DNA of 53,643 bases from a virus (IMGVR_UViG_3300042890_000620:1-53643), one strand, 5' to 3'. Shown: positions 35,222-45,016, numbered from the stretch's first letter. Made by a program: numbers and translations. Notes: generated by a model from the letters alone, not told the origin.

Positions 35222-35872
35222 TTAAAATAGTTGTGTTTGTTCTATTTTATTTGAGGTTACAATACCCATTGCAGTATTATAAATAGTTAGTCCTGTTTCA
35301 TAGTCCACTAAATTTCGGGCAATCTTTAATAATAACTGCTCCCCTTTATATTTACTAAAATCGTAATCATGGAATTCTGACCAACTTTCTAAAGACTCAG
35401 TTGCACCATTTTTACTATCTCCAAAATGTTTAACTCTACCATTTACATTATTTGGTAATTTAAAGTTAGTCCAATATAAATGCCTATCCCTTTCTTGTGC
35501 AGGTATTAAAGGTTCATAATATGGTATTACATTTTCTACTACATATTTGCCTTGAAAATGATATTCCAAAAATATTATTTCTTGATATAATGTCATATCG
35601 GGATATATTGGTTTTTTACCATTTTTGCCAAATCCCCAAAACCTTGCTCTACTATGACTTGGACAGGGTGGACTTGACCATATAAAATCAAACTTTTTGT
35701 AATGGTCTAATAAATATTGGTGTGCATCGGCTACAATTACTTTGTCATTTGGAAAACGCTCTTGATATAGTCGAGCCAATTCAACATCCCATTCAACTGC
35801 GGTTACTTCGCAATTTTCCCACTTGTAACGATTGCCTCCTAAACAGGCATAAAGGTTTAATACTTTTATCAT
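35222..35872 (-). CDS. Short C5-cytosine DNA methyltransferase
   Basis: LNLYACLGG, SPPC, ENV and R.R motifs. Confidence 0.85.
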   Translation of the reverse strand: MIKVLNLYACLGGNRYKWENCEVTAVEWDVELARLYQERFPNDKVIVADAHQYLLDHYKKFDFIWSSPPCPSHSRARFWGFGKNGKKPIYPDMTLYQEIIFLEYHFQGKYVVENVIPYYEPLIPAQERDRHLYWTNFKLPNNVNGRVKHFGDSKNGATESLESWSEFHDYDFSKYKGEQLLLKIARNLVDYETGLTIYNTAMGIVTSNKIEQTQLF

Positions 35873-36063
35873 GGAAGTTTACTGATTAATAACAACATAA
35901 ATTTTATATTTTGTTCAGTTAATTGCCCACTTTCAAACAAATAATTAAGGTAATTGTAGTCATAGTGAGTTGCTTTTCCATCTTTAAATACATAAATTAG
36001 GTTGTCTTGTTGCTGAATTTGGCAATCGGGTAGTTCTTTTTGGAGTAGTTGTATTATATCCAT
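35869..36063 (-). CDS. Hypothetical protein
   Basis: Overlapping small ORF in the operon. Confidence 0.55.
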   Translation of the reverse strand: MDIIQLLQKELPDCQIQQQDNLIYVFKDGKATHYDYNYLNYLFESGQLTEQNIKFMLLLISKLP

Positions 36064-37715
36064 GATTCTGTTATTTGGTCTAAGGTGTGATAGTATCTAC
36101 CGGAGGGTACATCGTAATTCATTGTGGTTTCTCCGGTCTGTCCCCAATGCGAAAACTTAACTTTTGTTACTATGATGTGAGTTAATTCAGTTTCAAAGTC
36201 CCTGTATATTGTTATTCCGTTATCTGTCTTATTATTAAAGTGTGATGAACCTGAGCAGTCATACAACCCCGGGACTTGATACTTGTTACTATCTTTTTGT
36301 TTTGACATCTTAGCCGGATGAACAACTAAAAAAGCATGGATATTTTCAGCCTCACAAAATACGCCTATCTTATCCAAGGTTTCGCCTACAAAATCAGTTT
36401 CACTTTTGCCACCCCTTTTTTGTTCTAACTTATTCCAAGCATCAATAACAAAGTAGTCAATACCATGTTTATCTTTTAACTGCTTAATCCGGTCTAACAT
36501 CGTATCTATTGTAAATTCCTTTTCCGGCTTTACAAACCAAATGTTTTCATTTAATACTGAACAAGCATTTGCAATTTCATCCGGTGTTACTTTACCATAA
36601 CCCTCCCAAGGTTTACCGGTCATCTTTCTTATCATTTTACTAACGTGCAATTCAGTCGGTTTATTCTCCGGACTATAAAAGCAACCCCTCCAACCTCCAT
36701 GTTTTAAAAGTTTAAGGCAAATAAAGTCTAAGAAATCGGATTTACCATGCCCCGGAATACCGGTTATCGTAGTAATGTAACCTTTAACAAACTGCAATTT
36801 AAAGTCATGTATTCCGGTTGATATTCCTTTGGGCAATCCGTATTCATACATATTATCTAAGTCCCTGTATATGTCCTGAATAGTAAACACGCCCTCCAAT
36901 GGAAACTCTTTTATATTTTCGGCTGCCTTTCTAAATGTATTAATATCGTTTGCCTTATAAAAGTCGTTTGCATCTTTGCACCCATCAAATTCTAAGTAAG
37001 CACATTTGTGAAGTCCTAACCGGTTAGATAAATCTTTTCTAAGTTGCAATCCGGCTGAGTCATTATCAACTGCAATTACAAACTTTTTAACGTGGCTTAT
37101 CTTATCCCATGAATTACTTATGTAGTCCATTTTATTTGAGTTAAGATTTGCACCATTTGGCACACTAACAACATTTAAAATTCCACATTCTAAAAAAGTC
37201 AAACAATCTATTTCGCCCTCCACAATAAATAACACATTTGTATTTTCGTGTACGTTGTCTAAGTTGTAAAGGATTAACTCCCCATCTTTAAACAATTTAA
37301 ACTCTTTGTCTTTGCCTCTATACTTTACGTTTACAAGTTGACTATCTCTAAAATAATTAAACTGAATTGTATTAATTTCTTTTGATGACTTCGGCATCCA
37401 CTCTAACCCCTCAGTAATTTTATATTTTAGCAAAGTAGGTTGTGATATTTTTCTACTCTCAAAGTATCTTACAACATCATTGCTTAATTGTGTTTTATTT
37501 GCCCACTGAGGCACTTTATATTCTGTCTTGACTATCTTACCTAATGCACCCTTATAAGAGCAGTGATGACAAAACCATGTTTGTTTATCTAAATTTACAC
37601 TTAGACATTTATCGGTTTTCTTTTTTCGTTCGTGTGAGCAACTTGGACAGGTTGTTTGAACTTCGCCGGTTGTTTTGTTGTACGGCACTTGAATGTTATA
37701 ATCTTCGTATTTCAT
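36054..37715 (-). CDS. Primase-helicase (T7 gp4/Twinkle-like)
   Basis: CPSC...CHHC zinc finger, TOPRIM EGEID / VPNGA / DND, Walker A GIPGHGKS, HP.K and SGS..F motifs. Confidence 0.95.
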   Translation of the reverse strand: MKYEDYNIQVPYNKTTGEVQTTCPSCSHERKKKTDKCLSVNLDKQTWFCHHCSYKGALGKIVKTEYKVPQWANKTQLSNDVVRYFESRKISQPTLLKYKITEGLEWMPKSSKEINTIQFNYFRDSQLVNVKYRGKDKEFKLFKDGELILYNLDNVHENTNVLFIVEGEIDCLTFLECGILNVVSVPNGANLNSNKMDYISNSWDKISHVKKFVIAVDNDSAGLQLRKDLSNRLGLHKCAYLEFDGCKDANDFYKANDINTFRKAAENIKEFPLEGVFTIQDIYRDLDNMYEYGLPKGISTGIHDFKLQFVKGYITTITGIPGHGKSDFLDFICLKLLKHGGWRGCFYSPENKPTELHVSKMIRKMTGKPWEGYGKVTPDEIANACSVLNENIWFVKPEKEFTIDTMLDRIKQLKDKHGIDYFVIDAWNKLEQKRGGKSETDFVGETLDKIGVFCEAENIHAFLVVHPAKMSKQKDSNKYQVPGLYDCSGSSHFNNKTDNGITIYRDFETELTHIIVTKVKFSHWGQTGETTMNYDVPSGRYYHTLDQITESWI

Positions 37716-37717
37716 AA

Positions 37718-38491
37718 TTATCTTGGTATTCCCATTTTGGTAAAAAAGTTTTCCTCCGGCTTAGGTTTATATTTTTCTAACCATTCAGCATCTATTCCTC
37801 CCCAACTTTTTTCAACTGCAATTTTAATACATTCATTTGGAGTTAATCCACTTTTTTGTATTTCTTTTTTAATTGAGTTAAAAGCCGTTTCACTATTAGT
37901 TAGTTTCTTTTTCTTTCTAACTTGTAGCCACTCTAATACTATTTTAGTTTCTATTCCTAATTCAAGTAAAGCAGTTTTAAAATTAAAAACAATTTCATCT
38001 TGTAGATTTGTTTCTTGTATAGTTGTTTCTTGTATATCTATACTACTAATGCTTTCCCCTGTGCTTTGTATAGTGCTTTCATCTTGCTTTGTCGTGTGCT
38101 TTATAAATGCTTTATCAAGTGCTTTATCAAGTGCTTTGAAGTTATTTGATAGGGCAATTATATTAGATGAATATTGATTTTTAGATTTTTCAATTAATTC
38201 AATAAAACCATATTCTACTAATTCATTAAAAGCAGTTATGTAAGTATTGTAAGATTTTATACCAACTGCCTCCATTGTCATTGTGCTTGGTAGTCCAAAT
38301 TTCTTTTTCCAACCTAATCTATTGCAATGTTCAATAGCAAATGAAAAAATAGCAATGTGGTTAGGTTTAATTTTTTCGGGGTTTTCAAATGCGAAATCCC
38401 AAAAGTTCCGGTAGAGTTTAAATATATCCAAAGTTAAAATATTAAACCCTTGCGAATTTTCCAATGTTGACACGAGTTGGACATAACTCAC
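37718..38491 (-). CDS. Replication initiator protein
   Basis: N-terminal winged-helix-like region, low-complexity linker carrying DNA repeats, C-terminal W...RK.K...W.G domain. Confidence 0.75.
   Translation of the reverse strand: MSYVQLVSTLENSQGFNILTLDIFKLYRNFWDFAFENPEKIKPNHIAIFSFAIEHCNRLGWKKKFGLPSTMTMEAVGIKSYNTYITAFNELVEYGFIELIEKSKNQYSSNIIALSNNFKALDKALDKAFIKHTTKQDESTIQSTGESISSIDIQETTIQETNLQDEIVFNFKTALLELGIETKIVLEWLQVRKKKKLTNSETAFNSIKKEIQKSGLTPNECIKIAVEKSWGGIDAEWLEKYKPKPEENFFTKMGIPR
38050..38137. repeat. Phased TGCTTT iteron-like array (putative origin)
   Basis: TGCTTT at 38050, 38062, 38074, 38085, 38097, 38108, 38120 and 38132. Confidence 0.75.
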
Positions 38492-38631
38492 ATTGTACTA
38501 ATAAGCAAGGGTAATAAATTTCTTTTTTAGTTGATTTGTCCATTGTTAATTATCAGAGTTTGGTGTCATCAAAACATCTAATACGTTTGCAAAGTTAATT
38601 AAACTTTTTACATTTCCAAACTTTTATTTAT

Positions 38632-39066
38632 TTATTTTTTGAATGAGATATAAATCCCTACTAAAATCATAACAAAAGCAAACCAAATCCACTTAGTCCA
38701 TTGAGGGATTTCTTTTTTAGTAATTACTTTATTAACCCTGTAAAATTCTTTTATAATAGTATCCTTAGTTATTGTCTGCCAAAGTTCTTTAGTTTTCCAC
38801 CTAATTATAGTCTTTACTTTTATGCCTCCACTATCTACAAAAAGTGTATCGAATTCGTTTTTAGTTTTGAAGTGTACGAAAGTATCGTACACCTGACCGA
38901 AAGTTGTATCGTAAAACTTAATAGTATCGTTTTTAAAGCACTTTAAAGCTATTGCCTTACTACTTATACGTTCGCACTTTTTTGATGCGTTACACGACGA
39001 AAGAATTAATGCAATAAAAGTTATAAGGATAACTGCTTTGATAAAAGTTTTTAAATAAATATTCAT
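38632..39066 (-). CDS. Lipoprotein with a C-terminal TM segment (unimolecular spanin-like)
   Basis: Signal peptide with LSSC lipobox and a C-terminal hydrophobic helix; last gene of the lysis cluster. Confidence 0.7.
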   Translation of the reverse strand: MNIYLKTFIKAVILITFIALILSSCNASKKCERISSKAIALKCFKNDTIKFYDTTFGQVYDTFVHFKTKNEFDTLFVDSGGIKVKTIIRWKTKELWQTITKDTIIKEFYRVNKVITKKEIPQWTKWIWFAFVMILVGIYISFKK

Positions 39067-39254
39067 TTTAATTTTAATTGTGTAATAACAAAGTTAAGAA
39101 CACCAACTAATACAAGTATAATTCCCTTAATAGTTTGCTTTATATTATCTTCAAATGGAAACATCTCTATTGCCTTACTCTCTTCAATAGCAATTACACA
39201 TAGATAAACGATGTTGAGTATTCCTAATATCTTAGTTTTTTTAGTTAGTTTCAT
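39063..39254 (-). CDS. Holin-like two-TM protein
   Basis: Two hydrophobic segments; lysis cluster. Confidence 0.55.
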   Translation of the reverse strand: MKLTKKTKILGILNIVYLCVIAIEESKAIEMFPFEDNIKQTIKGIILVLVGVLNFVITQLKLK

Positions 39255-39679
39255 TTGATTGATATAAATATTTCCTCAGTTTTTTCTACCTTTTTTAACT
39301 TAGCCATTAATTTAGAATAGGCTATTTTAGATTGACCTACAAAGTCTTTTGAAGTTGTCATGCCTACAATTAAGCAACCCTCAGTGTGTGCTGAGGTGTT
39401 ACCTGAGTGTATTCTAATACCTTGAAATCCTTTTACATTAAGTAGTAAGGGCATATACTCTTTAAATCTTGGACTAAATGTAATAGCTACTCTATAAGTA
39501 CCTTTTGGTATTGCAGTTTCAGCATAAACCTTTTTAGCTTTTATTTCTGAGTCTGTCATGATTGAGTCTAAGCCTCTGTCCATGTCCTCTAACACATAGC
39601 AAAAGAACTCCCCATTAATAAGTAGTTCGCCAATAGTTGACTTTGATGTTCTTGTTTTTCTGTTTAATTCTAATATCAT
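39251..39679 (-). CDS. DUF5675-family putative endolysin (peptidase)
   Basis: STIGEL, TAIP.GTY and GIRIHSGN...TEGCLIVG motifs. Start moved to the ATG at 39679 (ATGA overlap with the upstream gene). Confidence 0.8.
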   Translation of the reverse strand: MILELNRKTRTSKSTIGELLINGEFFCYVLEDMDRGLDSIMTDSEIKAKKVYAETAIPKGTYRVAITFSPRFKEYMPLLLNVKGFQGIRIHSGNTSAHTEGCLIVGMTTSKDFVGQSKIAYSKLMAKLKKVEKTEEIFISIK

Positions 39680-39834
39680 ATTCTTTTGATAAGTGGTTTT
39701 AAAAAGTATAAAAGTATTCCTGCACAAAGGCACTCAACAAAGAATGTCAGCACAAAAAATGTCAGTCCAATAATGACTAACATAAATGTGAGGTTCGCTA
39801 AAAATTCTATAAATTCGCTGATTAAATAATTCAT
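39676..39834 (-). CDS. Small membrane protein (52 aa, not in the ORF track)
   Basis: MNYLISEFIEFLANLTFMLVIIGLTFF...; ATGA overlaps at both ends. Confidence 0.55.
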   Translation of the reverse strand: MNYLISEFIEFLANLTFMLVIIGLTFFVLTFFVECLCAGILLYFLKPLIKRI

Positions 39835-40067
39835 TGTTTAATTCTTAATAGTTCTTCTATTCTTGACTTTTCGCAATTTAGCAATTTTATTTCTAAATCT
39901 TCAATTTGTTTTTCTAACTTTAGCCTCATTTCTTTTTGCTCAGATTTCAATTCATCTTTCAATCTTTCGTAAGCATTATACTGCAAATAAATAACCGCCC
40001 CTAACAATATAGCTATTAAGCCTTGTTTCTTTAAAGAGTCGAATAAAAATTGCCAATCAAATATCAT
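39831..40067 (-). CDS. Holin-like protein, one TM segment plus coiled coil
   Basis: Hydrophobic helix then coiled coil; homologous to 1-187. Confidence 0.6.
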   Translation of the reverse strand: MIFDWQFLFDSLKKQGLIAILLGAVIYLQYNAYERLKDELKSEQKEMRLKLEKQIEDLEIKLLNCEKSRIEELLRIKQ

Positions 40068-40085
40068 CTGTATCTATCGTCTAAT

Positions 40086-40490
40086 TTAATTATCATTAGT
40101 ATCATTTGAAACCATTTTTTCAGGCGGATTTTCATCATGTTCTATGGATTTTATACTATGATTATTGTCCAACAAATGTAATATAAAATCTAAAACTTTC
40201 CCAAAGTATGACAATTTACCCATAAGTTTATTTTTTCCTAGTACACTACTAATGGTTTCATCGGGGTTTCCAAACTTATGACCGCCTGTTTTAATCATGA
40301 TGTCATTGAATAACTTAGCTAAAAAACTATTTGCGTGTTGGTCGGTTGCTAATGCACATCTAAATAAATATTCATCTAATGAGTGCCACCCACTTTTAAT
40401 AAGGGTTAAAACAACTGAGTACAAAAATGCAATCGGATAAATAACCCCTGCTAAAAATATTGATACTAAAAATAATATTAAACCTATCAT
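40086..40490 (-). CDS. Conserved phage membrane protein
   Basis: N-terminal TM segment; DQ..N...GNPDETISS.LG motif. Confidence 0.7.
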   Translation of the reverse strand: MIGLILFLVSIFLAGVIYPIAFLYSVVLTLIKSGWHSLDEYLFRCALATDQHANSFLAKLFNDIMIKTGGHKFGNPDETISSVLGKNKLMGKLSYFGKVLDFILHLLDNNHSIKSIEHDENPPEKMVSNDTNDN

Positions 40491-40951
40491 AAAATAACTA
40501 AATTATTGTTTATTACTTGCAACTCTACATAGTCCCACAAAGGCATTAAGGCTCTCTTGAGAGATACATAGTTTCCACTATCTAACTCCGCCCTAAATTC
40601 AGTCCACATGAAATAAGCAAGATTTACTACCTTATCATTATTGTGAGTGTCTAATGGAATTTCAAAACCCCCTAAAATAAACTTATCTTGAGGAAACGCC
40701 CATTGATATATTTCAGGAATTATAACGGCATAAGGTGTTAGTGTTGGTGGTGTGTAATCTACTTGAAAAACACTTGCATCTAAATCTATAATTTCATAAG
40801 TTAAGTTTTCAAATATCTCAGGAAACTCCTTTAAAGCATTTTCACTTGTTGCAAATTTGCCTATGTGTTGACCTGATAATATTGGTGCAGCGTAAAATGT
40901 ATTTACACCTTTTGCAGTTCCATTGTATTCTGATGTATTAATAATTATCAT
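40487..40951 (-). CDS. Fibre partner protein, copy 3
   Basis: Full-length homologue of 832-1308. Confidence 0.6.
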   Translation of the reverse strand: MIIINTSEYNGTAKGVNTFYAAPILSGQHIGKFATSENALKEFPEIFENLTYEIIDLDASVFQVDYTPPTLTPYAVIIPEIYQWAFPQDKFILGGFEIPLDTHNNDKVVNLAYFMWTEFRAELDSGNYVSLKRALMPLWDYVELQVINNNLVIL

Positions 40952-42057
40952 ACTTGTCTACCATTATAATCTGTTTGGAATTGTTGCCAAATAGTATAGT
41001 CGTCTTGCATTTGAGTATCTGTAAGACTTAACCCTATACACGCCCCTGCAATATTTCTACCCGTATCTTGTCCCATTCTTATTACACTTGTATTAAAAAT
41101 ATTAGCTCCATTTGTAAATACTCCAATAGGGCTTCCTGTATTACCATTTCTTATTGCTTTACTTGCACTTGCGCCTGTTATGCCATTTAATGAATAGTAA
41201 CCATCACTATTATTACTATTTGTAACTGTTAATGTAGTTGAACCATCCCCGCCAACTAATTGACCTGCGGATTGCTTTATTCTTAAAAGCATATTAACAG
41301 GCGAAATTGTTTCAGGACCTATATCTGTTGCGCCAAATGATGCAGGAGTATTGTTTGTTCTGCTATATATCCCTAAATTTATATCTTGTATTGGATAGAA
41401 TAACCTATTCAAACATCTTATTCTACTAAATGATGAACCTACATAAGTTATCCCATTTGAGTCATGCGTTGGGCTACCTTCAAAATTTAATTGACCACTA
41501 CTTTCATTTAAAAATGGATAGCGACAATTTATTGAATTATCTACCGCATTTTTACCAGTAAACAAATAAATGTGTGTTCTTTTTTGCCAAATTCCTGCAT
41601 CACTCCAATCTTGTATGGCTTGTATTATTGCATTTTCTTCTCCTGTTGTATAAGTTCCTGTTGCGTTTGTTAAAAACAAATCCGCATAATCAAATGGAGT
41701 AAGTGTTCTTAAATCCCATGTTGCATTTGCAGTAACTTGTTTAGTTGGAAATGCGTTGCCATATCTATCAACTAAATCTAAATCATAAGAACCGCCACCC
41801 GCAGGTACTACTATATCAATAGTTCTGCCTGTTATTGTAAAACTTGTAGGTGCTACATTAGTAGTTACATTAATAGTTCCTACACTTGGAATAAATCCAC
41901 TTGCAACCCCGTTGTTTTGAATTTCTTGATTAGGTAGTATTAAAGTTCCTCCACTCGGTACACTATTAGAATAACTTGCATCACTATTTTCCACTGCACC
42001 ATTGGCACATATTGGATTATCTGTTATTATGGTTAATTTATTATTTGGTAAACTCAT
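40948..42057 (-). CDS. Putative fibre / receptor-binding protein (mosaic)
   Basis: N-terminus resembles 2925-4001; linker and head resemble 1301-2461. Confidence 0.65.
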   Translation of the reverse strand: MSLPNNKLTIITDNPICANGAVENSDASYSNSVPSGGTLILPNQEIQNNGVASGFIPSVGTINVTTNVAPTSFTITGRTIDIVVPAGGGSYDLDLVDRYGNAFPTKQVTANATWDLRTLTPFDYADLFLTNATGTYTTGEENAIIQAIQDWSDAGIWQKRTHIYLFTGKNAVDNSINCRYPFLNESSGQLNFEGSPTHDSNGITYVGSSFSRIRCLNRLFYPIQDINLGIYSRTNNTPASFGATDIGPETISPVNMLLRIKQSAGQLVGGDGSTTLTVTNSNNSDGYYSLNGITGASASKAIRNGNTGSPIGVFTNGANIFNTSVIRMGQDTGRNIAGACIGLSLTDTQMQDDYTIWQQFQTDYNGRQV

Positions 42058-42742
42058 TCCAATTACTATTTTTATATTTGTATAATACTACATTTTTCCA
42101 AACACCACTTTTATAAACTCTTAATCGATAAAGATTAAAACTTGGACTTACATAATGGTAAACCATTAAAAAGTTTATTTGCAAAGTTACATTTTTTCCC
42201 GTTAAATTATATACATTTTTATTTGCAGTTAAAGAGTAATTAATTGTGCTACCTGATTTAATTAAATTTGCATCCTTACCACTTAATGTATAAGTCCCTT
42301 TACTTGCACTTAATGTTTTACTTATTCTAAAATCAACATCTTTTCCCGAAAGTGTAAAATCCCCTTTATTTGCAGATAATGTTCTACCTACTTTAAAGTC
42401 TGCGTTTTTCCCTGATAATGTATAAACGCCTTTCTCACTTGATAAAGTTCTGCCTACTTTAAATTCAGCAGCCTTGCCCGAAAGTGTAAAATTTCCTTTT
42501 TCACTTGCAATACTTTTACCTACTTTAAAGTTAGCATCTTTACCACTTAAACTATAAGTACCTTTACTTGCAGTTATTGAGTAACTAACTGAACCTGCCG
42601 AAAATGTTAATGAAGCATCCTTGCCTGTTAAGGTATAATCTCCCTTACTTAAAGATAAATTATAAGAAGTTGAGCCTGAACCTACTATTGGTAGTAGTTC
42701 TAATTCAATCTGCGCCCCATCAAATAATCTTCTTGTTGCCAT
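42041..42742 (-). CDS. Virion repeat protein, 7 units (allele of 3985-4767)
   Basis: Identical N-terminal part, one 27-aa unit missing, diverged last unit. Confidence 0.7.
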   Translation of the reverse strand: MATRRLFDGAQIELELLPIVGSGSTSYNLSLSKGDYTLTGKDASLTFSAGSVSYSITASKGTYSLSGKDANFKVGKSIASEKGNFTLSGKAAEFKVGRTLSSEKGVYTLSGKNADFKVGRTLSANKGDFTLSGKDVDFRISKTLSASKGTYTLSGKDANLIKSGSTINYSLTANKNVYNLTGKNVTLQINFLMVYHYVSPSFNLYRLRVYKSGVWKNVVLYKYKNSNWNEFTK

Positions 42743-42743
42743 T

Positions 42744-43553
42744 TTATACTTCTGATAATATTAATGCACCTGTTAGTGATGTTGATACTGCAGAAAATAC
42801 ACTAATTGCAAGGCAAGCATCAGGGTCTATTTCTGCCAAAGAACCGATAATGCAACCTGTACTAACTGAATCTAATGGCATTGCACCTGTTGCATTTTCC
42901 AATGAAATCATTGCTAAAGGCTTGAACATACACACCCCAAAATTGCCTGCCGTTCCTGTGGTGGCAGTAACGGTTACTGATTCAATACTTTCCACACCTG
43001 TATCACCTGCTTGTAATGGTATTGGAATTAACAATCCTACTTCTCTATAAAAACCTGCACCAATTGTTGTGGCAGTAGATGTTCTACCACTCACACCCGC
43101 TGAATTTGTGTAGCTTATTGTTACCGTTGTAACTGTGTTTCCTACTTGTGTATAAACTACTATCCCTGCCATAACTCCCTCACCCGATGTATATCTTGTT
43201 AATGGTGCGGTTGGTAAGTTGGTTGTTTGAGCTGTTGTTAAAGTAGCATTCAGTCCTCCGCTAACATTTAACAAATCAACTAAAAGCATACCGCCTGCGC
43301 CAAATGTTGAAGTATTAAATTTACCGCCCAAAAATGTAAGTCGCCCTGTTGATATGTCAGGGATAGGTCCCATTGATTGTGCAGAATCCTTATTAAGAGC
43401 AACGCTTGTAGTAGGTACGGCAGGTGCAGGATTAAAAGATTGCCAACTTGCGTTCAATCGCAAAGTTCTAGCGATTGATGTGGATAGCTGAAAATCTGCA
43501 ACACGATTTTCTTTTAGCTTTTCTACATATTCATCAAAGTCTGTTAGTGCCAT
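42744..43553 (-). CDS. Putative virion structural protein (identical to 4769-5578)
   Basis: Identical translation. Confidence 0.65.
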   Translation of the reverse strand: MALTDFDEYVEKLKENRVADFQLSTSIARTLRLNASWQSFNPAPAVPTTSVALNKDSAQSMGPIPDISTGRLTFLGGKFNTSTFGAGGMLLVDLLNVSGGLNATLTTAQTTNLPTAPLTRYTSGEGVMAGIVVYTQVGNTVTTVTISYTNSAGVSGRTSTATTIGAGFYREVGLLIPIPLQAGDTGVESIESVTVTATTGTAGNFGVCMFKPLAMISLENATGAMPLDSVSTGCIIGSLAEIDPDACLAISVFSAVSTSLTGALILSEV

Positions 43554-44401
43554 TATTTTTCAATTGTTGCTAATGAACCAAATAATTCAGGTGCAGTTGC
43601 AGCACTTGGAATAAACATTAGTGCTAAACAAGCATTAGGGTCAATAACGGGTATGCCGGGCAATCCTGTTGTGTAATCTCTCCACCCCATTGTACCACCT
43701 GCACCTACAGGAATCCAAGCCAAAGGTTGAGCAATGGTTATACCAAAGTTACCTGCAGTTCCCGTAGTAGCAGTTAATTGTATTTGCTCTATTGCTTGTA
43801 TTCCACTATCACCCGCTGCTAAAGGTATTCTCTGCATTCTTGATACTTCACGAAAACCCGTTGCACCTATGTTAATAGTTGAAGTTCTTGAACCTGTCCC
43901 TGCTTGGTTTGTGTAGGTCATTGTAAGGGTTGTAGATGTTGTTCCTATTATTGTATATATTTCATAGAATGCTATGTTACCTGCACCTCCCGTATTCCTT
44001 GTTAATGCAGGACTTGGAGTTGACCCTTGTATTGTTTGTGCAGATGTTAAAGTTGCATTTAACCCACCCTCGTGAAATAACCTATCGTACAATAAATACA
44101 CGCCTGCAACTAATGGTGTAATACTTGCACCTATTAAGTGCTTATCTCTACCACCACCTGCGGCAGTAAATGGTATTGCTCCATTAGTTGATTTAGTAGG
44201 TATTTCCCCCACTGTTGGGACTGCACCCTTTGCAGGCATTCCGTCATACTCCCACAAAGAACATCCTCTACCTGATATTGGTGCGGTTGCTGCAACCCCT
44301 GCGACTCTTGGCACTTTGTGAAAAAAAATATTTTCAGGTGTACCACTATTGCCGCCTGTTTGTCTGTTAATTAAATCTGATAAGTCTGTTATTGCTGCCA
44401 T
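43553..44401 (-). CDS. Putative virion structural protein (identical to 5578-6426)
   Basis: Identical translation. Confidence 0.65.
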   Translation of the reverse strand: MAAITDLSDLINRQTGGNSGTPENIFFHKVPRVAGVAATAPISGRGCSLWEYDGMPAKGAVPTVGEIPTKSTNGAIPFTAAGGGRDKHLIGASITPLVAGVYLLYDRLFHEGGLNATLTSAQTIQGSTPSPALTRNTGGAGNIAFYEIYTIIGTTSTTLTMTYTNQAGTGSRTSTINIGATGFREVSRMQRIPLAAGDSGIQAIEQIQLTATTGTAGNFGITIAQPLAWIPVGAGGTMGWRDYTTGLPGIPVIDPNACLALMFIPSAATAPELFGSLATIEK

Positions 44402-44595
44402 ATTATTTCATTTTGTATTGCGTGTTCTTTTGCCTCTATGATTAGGTTAGCTAAATTGTCAAGATTAACTCCTGATTGATATACCAATCCACCTACTTGT
44501 GGAAGTATCTCAAAACTTTCGTTGCTAATTTGCAAACCCCAATCTCCCCCATCTGATAAATAAAGGATTGATTGTGTTTTCTGAATTACTTGCAT
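44389..44595 (-). CDS. Small hypothetical protein (identical to 6414-6620)
   Basis: Identical translation. Confidence 0.65.
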   Translation of the reverse strand: MQVIQKTQSILYLSDGGDWGLQISNESFEILPQVGGLVYQSGVNLDNLANLIIEAKEHAIQNEIIWQQ

Positions 44596-44599
44596 AGTA

Positions 44600-45016
44600 T
44601 TATACTATTTCTATTAATTTTTGAGCATCGGTAAAGTCTATTGTAAATGTATCTCCATTTGCCATTGTAACCCCACCTACACCATAGTCATACCATCCTA
44701 TCAATGGGTCAGCAGGTGATGTTGGAGTGTCATTGTAAATAACTACATACCTAAATGTAGGAATTGCACCACTTGCAGTTAATGTCAAATCTACTAAAAC
44801 AAGCGAATATGTACCACTTGTTTGTGTACTTGAAGTAGTTGTGATGTTTCTTGTAGATAACCCTGTGTAAGAAATTTGAGTAATTGCAGCAAGTGTAGCA
44901 TCACTTGCAGTAGGTGCAGTATTTGTTAATGCTACTACTAATTGATTTGAACCGAGATTGTGAACTCCGTTTGCTAAGTCCGCCACAAAGGCGTTGAATT
45001 TGTTGAATGTTGCCAT
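44600..45016 (-). CDS. Putative virion structural protein (allele of 6625-7041)
   Basis: A few substitutions, e.g. TASDATLAAITQ versus SASNATLSAITE. Confidence 0.65.
   Translation of the reverse strand: MATFNKFNAFVADLANGVHNLGSNQLVVALTNTAPTASDATLAAITQISYTGLSTRNITTTSSTQTSGTYSLVLVDLTLTASGAIPTFRYVVIYNDTPTSPADPLIGWYDYGVGGVTMANGDTFTIDFTDAQKLIEIV

Larger units (their letters stand above)
4370..42344 (-). mobile_element. Complete-looking 37,975-bp siphovirus-type genome unit bounded by direct repeat R
   Basis: Packaging, head, tail, lysis, replication and recombination modules each occur once between the two R copies. No integrase or repressor recognised. Confidence 0.85.

Noticed and set aside
7273-42031. 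Classical prophage with integrase and short att sites
   Set aside because: No tyrosine or serine recombinase motif and no repressor were recognised, and both flanks are phage genes, not bacterial ones.
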